DNA of 64,000 nt from Dicyema japonicum (GCA_011109175.1 RDEW01000008.1:1063931-1127930); one strand, 5' to 3'. Shown: positions 12,880 to 26,500, counted from the first letter of the stretch. Translations and numbers: made by a program. Notes: generated by a model not told the origin, from the letters alone.

Positions 12880-14045
12880 GCGATAATTTCCGCCACTTCC
12901 CTCTGGTCCACAATTTGCGTTCTTTGTCATCTTTTATAATTATCGGTTGATGGGGTCTTTCCCTTCATCTGTTTCACAGCCTCGTAGAATCTAGCGTTGT
13001 CCTTGAGAGATTCTATCTTCTTAATCTGGTCCAGTGCTCGATTTCTGTTATGCTGGCGCATAGTTTTTCTTATTTTTGCTTTGATAGTTATTCTTTCTAG
13101 CCTCAATTTTGATTTTACGTTCGAATCGTCAGTATCTTGATATAGCATCCATATGGTCTTCTGTTTATTGGCAAGGTCCTTCACCGTGTACATGTCATTG
13201 TGCGATGGGATTTTCTCATTTTCTTTCATAGATGCAGATTGGCTTTTTTATGTATTGACTGTTTTACAAAATCCCAGGATTTTCCGGGCGGCAAATCTGT
13301 AGGCATGTATTCTAGTTCTGCATCCAGATATTCTCTGAATGCTAGGGCCCCTTCTGATTGACTGATTAAGGATTCCAAGTTATAACGTCTATAGCTGGGT
13401 TCTGTGGTTTTAATTTGCTTTCATTTCGTTCTTTGTAGTACCATAAATCTTTTTTGAGAAAGTCTAGCAATAACCATTTTCTGGTCGCTGTCGATAATCG
13501 ATCCATTATAAGCTCGTGCATCAAGTATAATCCCTCGATCTTTTTGCCTGCATATGATATAGTCGATCTGGTTGTACATATTTATCACTCACCTTCGAGA
13601 TTTGTTCTGTGTACCGACCACGTAGATTTATGTCTGGCTGGATGCATGAAGGTGTATTGCATAAAAATAGGTTGTTCGTTTGACAGAAGTTAGCTAGTAG
13701 AGTTCCCGGGGAATTTCTTTTCTCCCTTCCATGCTTTCCCATGAATATATCATCGGTCGTAACCTGGGTGCCATTTTTCGCATTTAGGTATCCTGCGATC
13801 ATTACTAATGTCGAGAAAGCATACTTGGAAAAGACGGCAGAAAGATTGGTGTAAAAGTCATCAATCTCCCCAGGGTTTTTATTAAGACATCCACTGTGAA
13901 GGCCGTAAACGTTTATTATAGTTATATATTTTTTCGACGGGTTGAGGTCATCCAGTTTCAATTGCAACACCCCGATTCTATCATTCACACTGTAATATCG
14001 GCAGACTCTTGGATAAATCATTCCTGACGGCAAATCCTAGCCCAG
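12880..14045 (-). mobile_element. RTE-like LINE fragment (AP endonuclease)
   Basis: INVYG, MIAG.LNAK, NNLFLCNT and NQIDYII motifs; duplicate of 31200-32598. Confidence 0.75.
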
Positions 14046-14084
14046 TGTGCTTGAAACTGAAACGAATCATAATGAATTTTAGCA

Positions 14085-15830
14085 GTCATAACATACACGC
14101 AATACGTGAACAGCCACTTAATGTCAATGAGGTCGAAACCAGAGGAGCATACATCAAATATGTCCCCAACAAACTAAAGGAAGAGTAAACCGGAAACTTC
14201 TGGAGGCGACGTGCGGGCTGCCTTACGGTTATCACGTCCGGTGACACAGTATTGTCTTGTACCTCCGAGTTCCTGAATACCTTAATACTGAAACACTCAG
14301 ATGCACCGATGACTATGAAAAGTTTTTGAATCCTGATGGAACTCCGGAGATTATCATTACCAAATCCGAAGTGCGCCACATAATAGCCTCCTTTGCGCTA
14401 GCAGCGGAGGAGGCTTGGAAGGGTTACGTCCTGGCCATATTAAAAACCTTACGTCTACTTACAACTCAGAAGCTGAACGCTGTTTGTCAAATTAATTTCC
14501 GACCTAATCAGAAAAATGGATAACGGCGACATCAAAATTTGCAGAGAACTCTTCTCCGCAAGGCTCTTGCTGTCAAAAAACCCAATGGAGCAATCCGCCC
14601 ATTGCGGTGGAAATATTATAAACACTTGCAGCAAAGGAAGCATCGACCTGGTGAGCCGACAACTTGGAGAGGAGTTCGTTCCTAAACAAATGGGTGTTAG
14701 TATCCAGAACGGATGTGAGGATGCGGTTCATGCAGCAAGGCGTTTCTTCACACAGAAAAATATTTCAAATGAATGCATTGGAATAAAGTTGACAAAACGA
14801 ATGCATTCAATTTTCTCAGAAGAATAAAATTATGGAAACGTGTTGGAAGAGGGCTCCAAAGCTTTTCCCTCTTGTCAATTATCTTATGGGGAAGATACGT
14901 CTCTGGTTTTTGAAAATGAAATTATTAAATCAAAAACGGGTGTCCAACTAAGGAGATCCGCTCGGACCTCTTTATTTGCACTGACCATTGATGAGGTTGT
15001 GAGATCAATTGATGCTCAGCTAAATCTCTTGTACTTCGATGATGCCACAATTGGAGGATCATTAAGGAAAAATACAATTCATTACGTAAAGCGTTACCCG
15101 CTTTAAAACACTTGGGCTTTGACATCAATGTTAACAAATCAGAGCTAATAGATGTCTCATATCCAAACACCGAGTTCTCTCTATCAAGGAGTCCTTAAAC
15201 GAACTGCTTCCTGGGATCCTGACAGTTCCAGTTGATAAATTATATTTCCTCGGATGCCCACTCAGCGAAGAAAAACTCAAGAATTATATACTTTCCAAAA
15301 ATGAAGAATTAACACGCCTCACGAAAAGATTGTCATGTCTGGAATTTCACACATTTTTCTTCCTGATGAAAAACAACATCGGACTACCCAAGCTTTTATA
15401 TCTCCGGACTCAAAATCCCGAAGAGACAATGAAGAAAGTAATTGGGATACCATTGTCTGCTCCAAAATTTTGGAAGACCTTATAAAAAAGCAAATCAACT
15501 AGTTTGGTGTCAGCTTCAAATGGAGGGAGTTGACCATGGCATGAAGCAATACCTTACCCAAACCTCGGGACTTTTTTGGACGACGATTATATGAGGATTG
15601 GAATCGGACAACGTGTAGGACTACAAGTTTGCCAGGAGCACCGATGCCAATGCGGGAAAACAGTCGTTGCGAAGGGATTGCACCCGCTGTCCAGCAGAAG
15701 AAGCGCCGGAAGTGGACCACGTCACGCTGCTCTGAACGATGTGATCGTCAGAGCTCTGAAAGCTTCAGGCTTCCTAGCACAGCTTGAATCAGTTGGTCTC
15801 GATCGAGAAGATGGAAAAAGACTTGACGAC
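14085..15830 (+). mobile_element. Degenerate CRE-like element (RT + endonuclease fragments)
   Basis: [59 protein letters not shown]. Confidence 0.8.
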
Positions 15831-15949
15831 ACTGATCGCCACCATAAAAGGTAGACCACATGACGCCAAGCTAACATTATTCCAAGATGGGGATCTTATC
15901 TTAAATTAGGTTAATTAATTCATAATTTACATATTAAAAATTTTTTTTA

Positions 15950-16613
15950 ATATAAGTTTTTTTAACAATTAAACAAATGTCAGTTCAGGAAGCCTGCTGC
16001 GTGGATTGCAAACGAGTTCCCTCGGAGTATGGCTATTCCAATCTTTTGTCTTAGCCATAACCCTTCTCGTTGATCTCTTTTCTTTCTGGCAAGCAGTCCT
16101 CCGAGTTTTCGCAAGAACTCAGCCGTCATTGGACCAACGGTCCCGATGATTCGGTCGCAACAGGAGTAAATCGGTAGCAATCCCCGAGGCAAAATATTTC
16201 TTGATTTTTAGGTTCTCCGCAGTCGAAGCAGCTGCTCCAGGTGTCTGAACCGATTTGAAAATATTCGTGCTTGAGAACGTGTCTACACAAGTTGCGTCCC
16301 AGACCAAAGATCCTCCAGACGTGAAGGGGAAAAGGGTCATCCCGTCAGGTCTCTTCCCATCTCCTCGATTAAGACCCACTAGTTAAACTGTGCTGGGAAG
16401 CCTGTAGCCTTCAGAGCTCTGACAATCACATCGTTCAAAGCAGCATGACGTGGTCCCCTTCCGGCGCTTCTTCTGCAGGACAGCGGGTGCAATCCTTTCA
16501 CATCGACTGTTTTCCCGCATCGGCATCGGTGCTCCTGGCAAACGTCTAGTCCCAGCCGTTGTCTGATTCCAACCTTCAAAGAATCGTCGTCCAATTAGGT
16601 CCCGTCCAAAAAG
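15950..16613 (-). mobile_element. 5'-truncated CRE-like element inserted upstream of copy 3
   Basis: ORFs 15980-16594 nearly identical to 10422-11404; interrupts the conserved upstream sequence; 145-bp tandem duplication at its 5' junction (16576-16720 / 16721-16867). Confidence 0.85.
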
Positions 16614-16868
16614 GTTAAGTTTTAATAACTTAATTTATTTTTATAAAATAATTATTAAATTAATTAATTTATTATAATAATTTTTTATAATTAATATTCA
16701 TGAATAATTAATTATTTAACTCAAAGAATCGTCGTCCAATTACGTCCTGTCAAAAAGGTTAAGTTTTAATAACTTAATTTATTTTTATAAAGTAATTATT
16801 AAATTAATTAATTTTATTATAATAATTTTTTATAATTAATTATTCATGAATAATTAATTATTTAACTT

Positions 16869-18485
16869 ATGATCTTTATGTTTGGAAGTTTGTTTGAATT
16901 TAATAATTTTGTAGAAATTTTGTTGTTTTTCGGATTAATTCAACTTGAAATCACTATTGATGAATTGTTATTAAATTCAGTTCCAATGTGGATCATTCGC
17001 GTATATGAAAAATATTCTATATTATTTTCTGGAGATATTTACTTATCGATTAACATTATGAATTAGTAAGTGAATATCAAAGTAGTAGAATCGAGTTATC
17101 AAATTCAACCAGACAGTCAAATTTGTGAAACGAAGAAATAATGAGTTTCTATCAAATTTCAATTTGAAAATACACTTGTTGAATTTGTCATGAAAAAGAA
17201 TTCAAGTATTATTAATCTAAAACAGATTTATGTTAATGTTGTCGGTATCTTGATATTATAGATACCGTATATTTGTGAGTCTTATGCATTAGTTGATCAA
17301 ACTTTTTTGATTAGCAATTATTATGATTGTCCTATTTTTAAATTGGACTATCTTGGAATTATTCTTTACATTTTCAATTTAAAACTACAAGTATCTCAAA
17401 CATCTGGAATTACATCATTTTCTGAAACCTGTTGTATTTATTATAATTTTAAGTTATAATTGCAGTAATGACTTGTTATGTGATGAACCTAGTGAACTAA
17501 TAATCGGTACTTTAAGTTGTTTTATTAATATTTATTTTCTTTTATTTTTTATTATTTTTAGATAACACAACAACTACTTCTACGACTAAACCTGAAGGTA
17601 AATATCTTCAATTAATGATTAATCAATTCATATACGTAAATTTAGATTCACCCACAGAATTGGCCACTACACCTTCTCCCACAAATACAACTGAAAGTAA
17701 AATTTCTTCAATTAATGATTAATCAATCATATAATTAAATGTTAGATTCACCAACAGATTGACCACCACACTAACTCCCACAAGTACAACTGAAGGTACA
17801 ATATCTTCAATTAATGATTAATCAATTCATATACTTAAATGTTAGATTCAACCACAGAACTGACCACCGAATCTACTCTCACAAACAACTGAAAGTACAA
17901 TATCATCAATTAATGATTAATCAATTCATATACTTAAATGTTAGATTCACTTACAAAACTGACCACCACATCTACTCTCACAATTACAACTGAAGGTACA
18001 TTTTCTTCAATTAATGATTAATCAATCATATAATTAAATGTTAGATTCAACCACAGAATTGACCACCACATCTACTCCCACAAGTACAACTAAAGGTACA
18101 ATATCTTCAATTAATGATTAATCAATCATATACTTAAATGTTAGATTCATTCACAGAATTGGCCGCTACACCTACTCCACAAGTACAAATGTAGGTAAAA
18201 AATTTTAATTAACATTTAATCAATTCATACACTTAAATGTTAGATTCACCCACAGAATTGGCCACTACAACGACTCCACGACTATAATTGAAAGTAAAAT
18301 GTTTTAATTCAACATTTAATCAAGTTTATTATTTTAATTTAAGATTCGAGCTTAACAAGTTCAACAATAAACTCTAATTGATAGTAAGCATGCATGCCCG
18401 AAAATTCAGTACTTCCTCCGTTTCTCGTCCATTGGAATTATCATTCCTCCTACTTGGATGGATTTTAATTAACATACTAATTTAA
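16869..18485 (+). CDS. Surface glycoprotein family copy 3 with 7 mucin repeat exons (small indels: pseudogene or assembly error)
   Basis: Same tiny-intron structure; repeat exons such as DSPTELATTPSPTNTTE; hydrophobic terminal exon ending LLGWILINILI*. Confidence 0.65.
17598..18345 (+). repeat. Tandem ~100-bp exon+intron repeat (7 units)
   Basis: Intron gtaaaatatcttcaattaatgattaatcaattcatatacttaaatgttag alternates with a ~51-nt Thr-rich exon. Confidence 0.9.
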
Positions 18486-18660
18486 ATTACACTAACAGAT
18501 ATATTTGTTAAATTATTTTCTGAGACTAATTTATTAATTATTTAACCCAGGACACATAAAGTAAGTAGTCGGTGATTACCTGTTGTCATATTAGAAATGT
18601 AATCTATTTAATGTCTCCTGAATTTGTACTTCATGGTAACAAAGAAATGAATTGAGAAGA

Positions 18661-19205
18661 GGACTCAAAATCCCAAAAGACACAAAGAAGCAAAGTAATT
18701 GGGATTCCATTGTCTGCTCCAAAATTTTAGAAGATTTTAAAAAAAAAGTAAATCAACTTATTTGTCGTCAGCTTTAAGTGGAGGGAGTAGAGCATGGCTT
18801 GGTGCAATACCTTATCCAATCCTCGGGACTTTTTTAGACGACGATTATTTGATGATTGGAATCGGACAACGGCTAAGACTAGACGTTTGCCAAAAGCACT
18901 GATGCCGATGTGGGAAAACAGTCGATGCGAAAGGATTGCACCCGCTGTTTAGCAGAAGAAGCGCCGTAAGTGGACCACGTCACGCTGCTCTGAACGATGT
19001 GATCGTCATAGCTCTGAAGGCTACAGGCTTCCCAGCACACCTTGAACCAGTGGGTCTCGATCGAGGAGATGGAAAGAAACCCTTTCACATCCGGAAGATC
19101 TTAGGTCTGGAACGCAACTTGTGTTGACACATTCTCAAGCACGAATCTTTTCAAATCAGTTCAAGACACCTGGAGCAGCTGCTTTGACTGCGGAAAACCT
19201 AAAAA
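18661..19205 (+). mobile_element. Degenerate CRE-like fragment
   Basis: [20 protein letters not shown]; duplicate of 35566-36110. Confidence 0.8.
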
Positions 19206-21845
19206 TGACTTTCTCGACTTTTTCATGAGAACATTATCAATCCTTTTGACGAGAGAAAAACTACGCTTCACACCCGTATAGTAGCTCTGGTAGAATAATC
19301 TTTATGAAGATAAACAAGAAGGTCTTCAAGCTTACGAACAACTTGCTCGTACAGAGAAGCGCTTGTACCGCCTTCTTCCTTCTTCGTCTGATATTTTCCA
19401 TTAAGGAACCTTCTCCTTCAATAACTACTTTGAGGTAACAGAGTAAGTTTACTTTTGGAATATCAAGTGAGTAGGGCTGTGTACGGTGTCTCGTAGACGG
19501 CTAACTCTCAAGTAGCTGGACTTCTCCGTAGATAGTCTTATCCCTCTCTTGGAGCACCAATTTTGCACTTGGTCGATGAATGACTTGATTCTTCTTTCCG
19601 ATAGAGTTTACTTCCAAGACATATCTGTAATTAGAATATCGTCTGCGTATATCAATAGTTTGGTGTTCGCATCCAGAGGAATTGGAAAGTCTGATAGAAA
19701 CACGTTGAACAGAAGCGGGCTCAAGGTAGAGCCTGTGGAACGCCCCTCTTCAGAAAGATATCTTTTGACATACTCGTCCCAACACGTATTTGGGAAGTCC
19801 GTCCTGTTAATAAGTTTTTTATCCATATGAAAAGTTTCCTTTGGATAGTGACAGCCGCTAGCTTTGATAGCAGTGCATCATGCCACACGCTATCGAATGC
19901 CTTGGTCAGGTCCAAACATACTATGTTAACTTGCTTCTTGAATTCAGACCTCTCAATACCACCGAATGTATGTGGTGGATGCAATCCGTGCAGGATTTCC
20001 CAGGTCTGAAGCCACATTGTTCTGCGAAAGGAAACCACTTCTTATATGTGCTCGTTTAGCCTCTTGAAGATAATTCGCTCAACAATCTTGGAAATAGAGC
20101 AAATGAGGCTGATCGGCCTATAGTTGAGAGGGTCCCTCCCCGACTTTCCAGGTTTCAGGATCATTCTAACTATGGAGGTTTTTCAGTTTGGGGACATACA
20201 CATAATCTATGCTCGCGTTGACTAAATTCTTCAGCACGAGCAGCAGATCATCTGGGCCTTCCTTGAACATTCTCTTGCTAATATGGTCATGTCCACGGGC
20301 GTTAGCTTTGTACACTCTATTGGCAATCACGATGTCCTCTGTCGTTATCTTCATAACAGTATCTTTGAAATCGTCCGGGAATAAGTAATAAGTTCTTTTG
20401 AAGCTCTCAACTCTTCCCTCGGATCAGCTCCGTCGGGTTGACTTCCTGGATACGGTCTAGTTGCTTCTTAAAGATTTCCAGTACTTCTTCCATAGAATAT
20501 GATCTACCTTCCAGTTTGTTCAGAGAGATTTTCACATCATTCCACTTCTGGCCTGTTATTTTTTTGTAGATCTTCCAGATCGAAGGGTTTTGCTTGTTTC
20601 GACCCTCCAACATTGTTCTATTGCCAGTCTTGTTCCCTCTTCAATAGCTTTTTTGATTATTTTTAGTTGGCCAGTCAATGTAATCGGTCCATCCAGTCGA
20701 CACATCATCTGCGTTTGTTCCTCAGTCGGTTTCTTTCTTTAATCATAGATAGTGTAGAAGGGAGAAATTAATGCTCTTCTTATAATTGGTATCGGAGAGT
20801 CTCCTCCTGGCGTAAAGTGATAAGTATCTCTTCCAGAAAGTTGTCTATGTTGTCAATATCATTTCGGGAATAAGGTCCCTCCTTCCATTTTTTGAGATTT
20901 CAAACATGTATCTTCATAGTGTTCCCAATTTAATCTTGATTGGTCTGTTCCCTTAGCCTGTGAACACTGACTCGTAGTGTCCGGAGCCAGGTTCAGTGAC
21001 ATCTCTTGAGGGATGCGGTCGCTCCCGATGTCCCACATGATCATCGGTCTCTCCACATAAGTGTAGAGCAGTGATGACACCAGGAACACTTCAAGCATGT
21101 CTCCACCGTAGTGCGAGAAGTGATTCGGCTTCTCCGATGTCAAAATCTCGAAGCCAGTCTAGTAACTCAATTTTCTTAGCCTGATTCCATCCTCGTTGGT
21201 TCCAAGGCATCCATGTTTAATGTTCTTGGCGTTTAGATCTCCCACTAGGACAGACATATCGTTTCCCGCGAAGAATTCTTCAATTTCTGTGGAGCACTTT
21301 CTGAGGACCTTTGAATACAATCCTCCAACGTGTATCCAACGGCCACAGCATCTCACCTAGACGAAAACAAATTCACAATGTGTATTCATAATTACTTTTG
21401 GCTCACGTATCTGTAGAACATCACTGTAGAAAATGTGGTTCCAGTACTAGCCTCTGCATATTCGACCCATGGTATTTCTATAGAATTACATCCCCGTAGC
21501 ATTGTAGTGTTGGTCTTTTTCACCTTAGTCTCGTTGACCACCAGGATGTCAATCTTGGTGGCCGACAGAAGTAGTGCCAGGTCATGACGCCTATTCCTCA
21601 GTGATCGGGCGTTCACCAGCTATCTTCAGGTTTCTTCTCAATTTTCTTTTTGGTGAACTGGCTCTCCATGGCCAGGTCCACCATTCTTTTTAAATCCACT
21701 CCAAGTTCAGTTCTTCAGTCTATATTATTTCTTCCAGTTCTTTTGCAAATCTCCTGGTATCTTAGAAGAGGAGCTGGTTCATTCTTGTTAGTCCTTGGGA
21801 CAATTATTCTTTTTTGGGTAGGAGTTTCACTTTGTTATAACTTAT
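19206..21845 (-). mobile_element. Jockey/I-like LINE, ORF2 (APE+RT), 5' part deleted
   Basis: NARSL, LVVNETK, LVGDLNAK, YRPISL, LDLTKAFDSVWH, GVPQ..LSPLLFN and IYADD motifs with frameshifts. Confidence 0.85.
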
Positions 21846-21849
21846 ATCT

Positions 21850-21956
21850 GTTCTAATTGTCTGTTCTAAATAAAAAAGTTTTAAGGGTCGATTAAATAAT
21901 ATGGGGGTCAAAAAAAGTCAAGGGGTCGACGAGCAAAAAAAGGTTGAGAACCCCTG
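21850..21956 (+). mobile_element. hAT/Buster terminal fragment
   Basis: TIR AGGTTGAGAACCCCTG at 21941-21956 followed by CTCTAAAT (nnnTAnnn Buster-type target); absent from the duplicate at ~39456. Confidence 0.65.
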
Positions 21957-22469
21957 CTCTAAATCATCCCACCCACAGAGAAGTTGCGTTGGATCCCAGA
22001 AGAGGCACAAGGAGAGAATGAGAATTCGGTGTAAGATAATAAGCCTGGAGGTAATGGAGTCTCGCTGGAGACAATTCTGGCACTTCTTGAAGATGGAATT
22101 GGTATTCTTGCTTAACAGAGATATAGAAGACTACTATGTTTGTTTCCGACGACCCCCCGTTCTTACTGAGAAAAATGACGTCACTTCTAAACACTAACTT
22201 TCCAGAAAAAATAGATACCCCTTGGATCTTGGCTACTTCCTATCCAGAAACTAAACGATTCCCAATTCATGTGTATACGAGTTCGAAAAGTTATTGTCTC
22301 ATCTAGATCAATGGAGATGACTTCACCGGGAGGACCATACAGTAGCTTGTTTTTTTAGCCAATAATTTAAGCCAAATACTCTACTTCAGTGTGTTTTAAC
22401 AATTCTTGAAAGTAATTCAAATCTTGATGTTTGATATTTTTCGGTATTAAGAATTTGAAGATGACTAAT

Positions 22470-22542
22470 GCCTCCGTGGCGCAACGGTTAGCGCGTGTGG
22501 CTGTTAACTGCGAGGTTGCCGGTTCGAATCCGGCCGGAGGCG
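22470..22542 (+). tRNA. tRNA-Asn(GTT)
   Basis: GCCTCCG/CGGAGGC acceptor stem, D arm, CT-GTT-AA loop, GCCGG-TTCGAAT-CCGGC T arm, downstream T run. The anticodon stem has three G-U pairs. Confidence 0.85.
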
Positions 22543-22899
22543 AATTTTTATCTAAACAAAGTTACTTTTTTTGCAAATTGCCAAATTATAAAAAAATATA
22601 CCGTATTCCTTATACTAAAATATTTATAAACATCTATTTTTTCCTGTTTTCTTTCTAGGCAAAAATTAATTTTTTAAAAAAAACATATTCTTAGAAATTA
22701 TACTTCATTGCTAAACTAAGTAAAATCATTCGGGTCACTCAACTTAGATTCAATAAAATAATATTTTTTTATTTCAGGATGGCTTTAAGCGACACTCTGT
22801 GTTTACAGATATATTCACAATTTCACTAGTAAAGTTATACATAAACAATTTTTTTTTAAATCAAAATAAATTTTTCTACTTGCTGCTCTCAGAATCCAA

Positions 22900-23560
22900 G
22901 ACAAATTAAGTTAATGAAAGCCATATTAACCATGTCAAGATAAATATTCATCCAATGGGCCCCCAACTACTTCACTCATCGTCCTCTAATGGATTTCTTT
23001 GTGGTCAAATAGTGACGATGATCTATTCATTTATTTCATTTGCACTTTCATCTTCATAAAAGACGCAGTTACTTCTTCCTCTTTTTTGACTTATAGCTTT
23101 CCAAAATAATAATCCCTTCATTGCCGAGAAGGGTCTAAGTGTTTGGCTGTACTTCATAAACAAGATATAGTCAGACGTTCGAGATGTACAGTAGGACATG
23201 TGTGGTTGATAACTCCTTGAAACATCGCCATAAATTTATCATCTGCATAAACTTGAACAGTATGTATGGATCATTGAAGTATGGAATATCGGATAAAAAC
23301 AAATTTAATAATAAAGTGAACAGTGGATGTCTTTGAGGAACATTGTTCGGTAAGAAGCGAGATATTGATAACGTACTCTCCGGCGTCGCACGGAAAAATT
23401 GTTATCTTAGTATTATATCGGATTCGAATGTCTTTTGAATATCACTACAAATCCGAGATGTGTCACAGTAAAGCGACCCGGTTTGTAGTCGTATTGGAAG
23501 GAAGATGACAAAAGATCTGGGAAAATAATTTTTAAAACAAGCTTTGTGCATGTGAGAAAG
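22900..23560 (-). mobile_element. Degenerate LINE RT relic (duplicate 40420-41060)
   Basis: In the duplicate: DIQKTF, LPNGVPQ, LLNLFLSDIP, VQVYADD. Confidence 0.65.
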
Positions 23561-26500
23561 ACCGGGCTAGAGAATTAAGAGTAATAGGATTTATTTTTTT
23601 TAATTTAAAAATATTATTATTAATATTTAATCGATCTTAAATATAAAGTAAATGAACGTTTATATTTCTTTATGTGTTTTGGTGGTGCACTGAGATCTCC
23701 ATTTTAATTAGTTAAAATGGTCGAAAAGTGCAATATTATTCTACACTTAACGTTGCTACTATCTTAGTAGTTAGTATAGTGTACTACATTCATTTTTAAA
23801 CTTGTATATTGCCGATGATACTCGATATCCAGTAGAATCCATGAATCCACCATTTGTGATTTATACACTGAAATTTCTCACATATGCCCAAGAATATTCA
23901 TATTCTCCTTTATTGTTCAACCTTTCTCTGGTTGTTTTTAGCTGCTTTATTAGGTCGTTGTTTAGGGTGTATCCCAAAAATATTTCGTCGGGATGTGTTC
24001 TTTAATTACCATCTTCGAAAGTGATTCAAGCACACGTGACATTTTGAATTGAAATCGAATTTCCCAGCAATTGTATGATAACGTGTCAGATCACTGTGTA
24101 GATATGACATCCTAACGACAGCAGTTATTTCTTCAATTTGGAAATGTTCGCCAAATCGACACATTAAATTCGAATCCAGAGATCACTATATTCCGTCCAT
24201 CTGTATGAGAAATTCGACTTTCTGTGTAGACACAAGCAGAGACACTTCTGACAGAGGTTAGGTTTTTCGATGAACACAGGATGGAAATAGCATGAGCGAT
24301 AGGGGGAACCAGGTACATATAACTAGAACGGTTATCATTATCTAAGGGGTTGACTGGATGGCTATTCCCCTCAGGATGGCTAGCTAGATTCGCTCAAAAT
24401 AACCAGCGTCGCTGACGGGGATCTCCTGTTCATGCGAAATCAGATTTCCTAGACGACTCAAGAATTTTAGCATCACAGGAGCAATGGAACTTGACATTCA
24501 AAAGTGTGCAAGACTAACAAAAAATATGACCGTATACTCTCAGTTTCATATCAGCCGATTGAATTATTTATTTAACTTTTCAAGGATAAGTTGAGGTACT
24601 AACCTTTTTTGCACTAAAACCACACATCTGGTTTTAGATAGACTTTTGTAATATTGGAAGAACTGTTTCTGCAAAAATTGAAAGTAATGTATCTCTCTTG
24701 CTTCGTCTACTCTCCATATCTTCGATTCTTAGAATATTGTGTGGAAAGTAGAAGTCAAGAAAATTATTTTTTTTATTTTCAAGTAAGTACTACTTCACAT
24801 GAAAATACTAACCATCCAACAAGATTTCCAACATTGAACTCGACAGGCCAGCCCAGCATGAAAAATAATTTTTTCAAAAACCAATCCTGTCTTCTGAGTT
24901 AAATCTGAGTTGCCCAAGAAGACTTTTAACTATACCGTGAAAGTTCAATTGTGAGGATTTCAAAAGACAGTTACATGTCTGGTTGGGGGAGATGACTTTT
25001 AAAGGTATCAAATCGAAATTCGTGGAAATTGGTAATGTTAACAAAGGTTCCTTGGTTTTCTGAGGCATTGTTAAAACCCATGAACGGGTTTTCCCTCAAT
25101 CGCCTGACGTGATCTGAAAATTGTAGTCATGATAGATCCGCTACTTTCCGCAAAACTATGTAAAATCTGTAAACAACTTCGAAGACAAAGATTTGGATAT
25201 CGAATCGATCCTGATGCCTTTTTAGGGATATCATCTAAACATGGCATGCTACCAATTGACTCTTCAAGTCTGATCATAAAATACTCACAAATATAGTAAG
25301 GCAGTCGAGTTCTGCATTCGATACGTGATTATTACTGAAAAAAATCTCAGAAAGTGATATATGTCAACTGTAAAAATGAGAAAGAACAGTTCTCCGATTA
25401 ACAAGGTACTCATCAAAGGGGGTTCATTCATAGTCGTTTGTGAAGAAATGACAAAAAATCGTTGGGTATTCGACTTTTGGAAATTTCTAGTGCCTGGACG
25501 CCATATTAAGAGGATCTCGTTTTTCCATACTCCCCTTGAGGGGTTTCAAGTGGCGGATATGATGCATGGAAAATGCATCTCATTCTGACCGCTGGAACTG
25601 GGATTACTTTGTTAGTTGAGTACTCTCTTTCTCTTTAACCAGTGATCCTGAGTCAATAAATATAGAATGTCTTGTTTCAATATTTTTAGAAATATTATGA
25701 TGCTTTGTTAGAAATCAATGAGGCAAATAATTCCATATGTGGGGAATCTTGGAGTCGTTTAGCTACAATAGCGCTAGAGATAAAAGACAACGATCCTTGT
25801 TTCCAAATAATTCCAGAGTATTACCCCCATCTACTTAGAGTGCGCATCAAATTTGATGGAAATAAATGGCATTGTTGTACAATTGGAGAGAGCGAAGAGC
25901 TCAATTCCCCAGATTCAACAAAAATTAATTTACCACCTGTCCATTCAAGTGAAGGAAACCGGTGGTGACTTTTTCTCTCAGTTTTGTATAAATAGGCGTT
26001 GAGACCCACGTGATGACCGCAGCGGAGGCGCGAGAGTTTACCCGAATTTTAAGAGGAAGGCAATTATTCTGTCGGGGTGCGATTTTTGAATTAATTTTTT
26101 TTTAAATTGTTATATATTTATAATTAAATTTCAAATAATTAAATAATGTAGCATGCAGCTTTCTGGTGTGACCTGTTAAAAGTAAGAAAATATGTAGACA
26201 ACTATTTATCTTTTGTTTTCATTTAAAATATCTACTTAAAACCATGTGTTTTGCAAATGTGGTGTGAATTTTTTCTAACAAAGCGATTTAGCTATCTCGC
26301 TTATTGGAACACACACAACGCACGCATTCGGAATCACTAGGAAAAGTTATTGAATGTTTTTTAAATTTAAAGCAAAACTATGGCAAAGTGATAAACATAA
26401 CGTCATTAATAAATACCTGAAGACCCACAAATTATTCATGTCTTTTGTATTCACATAAAGATGGAGAAATTATCGCCAATGCTGGTTTTTTATCTTTTTT

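Noticed and set aside
17598-18345. Repeat-spacer appearance resembling a CRISPR array
   Set aside because: The constant part is a GT-AG intron and the variable parts are mutually homologous Thr-rich exons; eukaryotic context with no cas genes
22431-22658. ORF spanning the tRNA (also 39929-40192)
   Set aside because: Incidental translation of tRNA-Asn and AT-rich flank
25560-25625. CMENASHSDRWNWDYFVS resembling a GT14 glycosyltransferase motif
   Set aside because: No other GT14 motifs found nearby and the frame is broken; too weak to call
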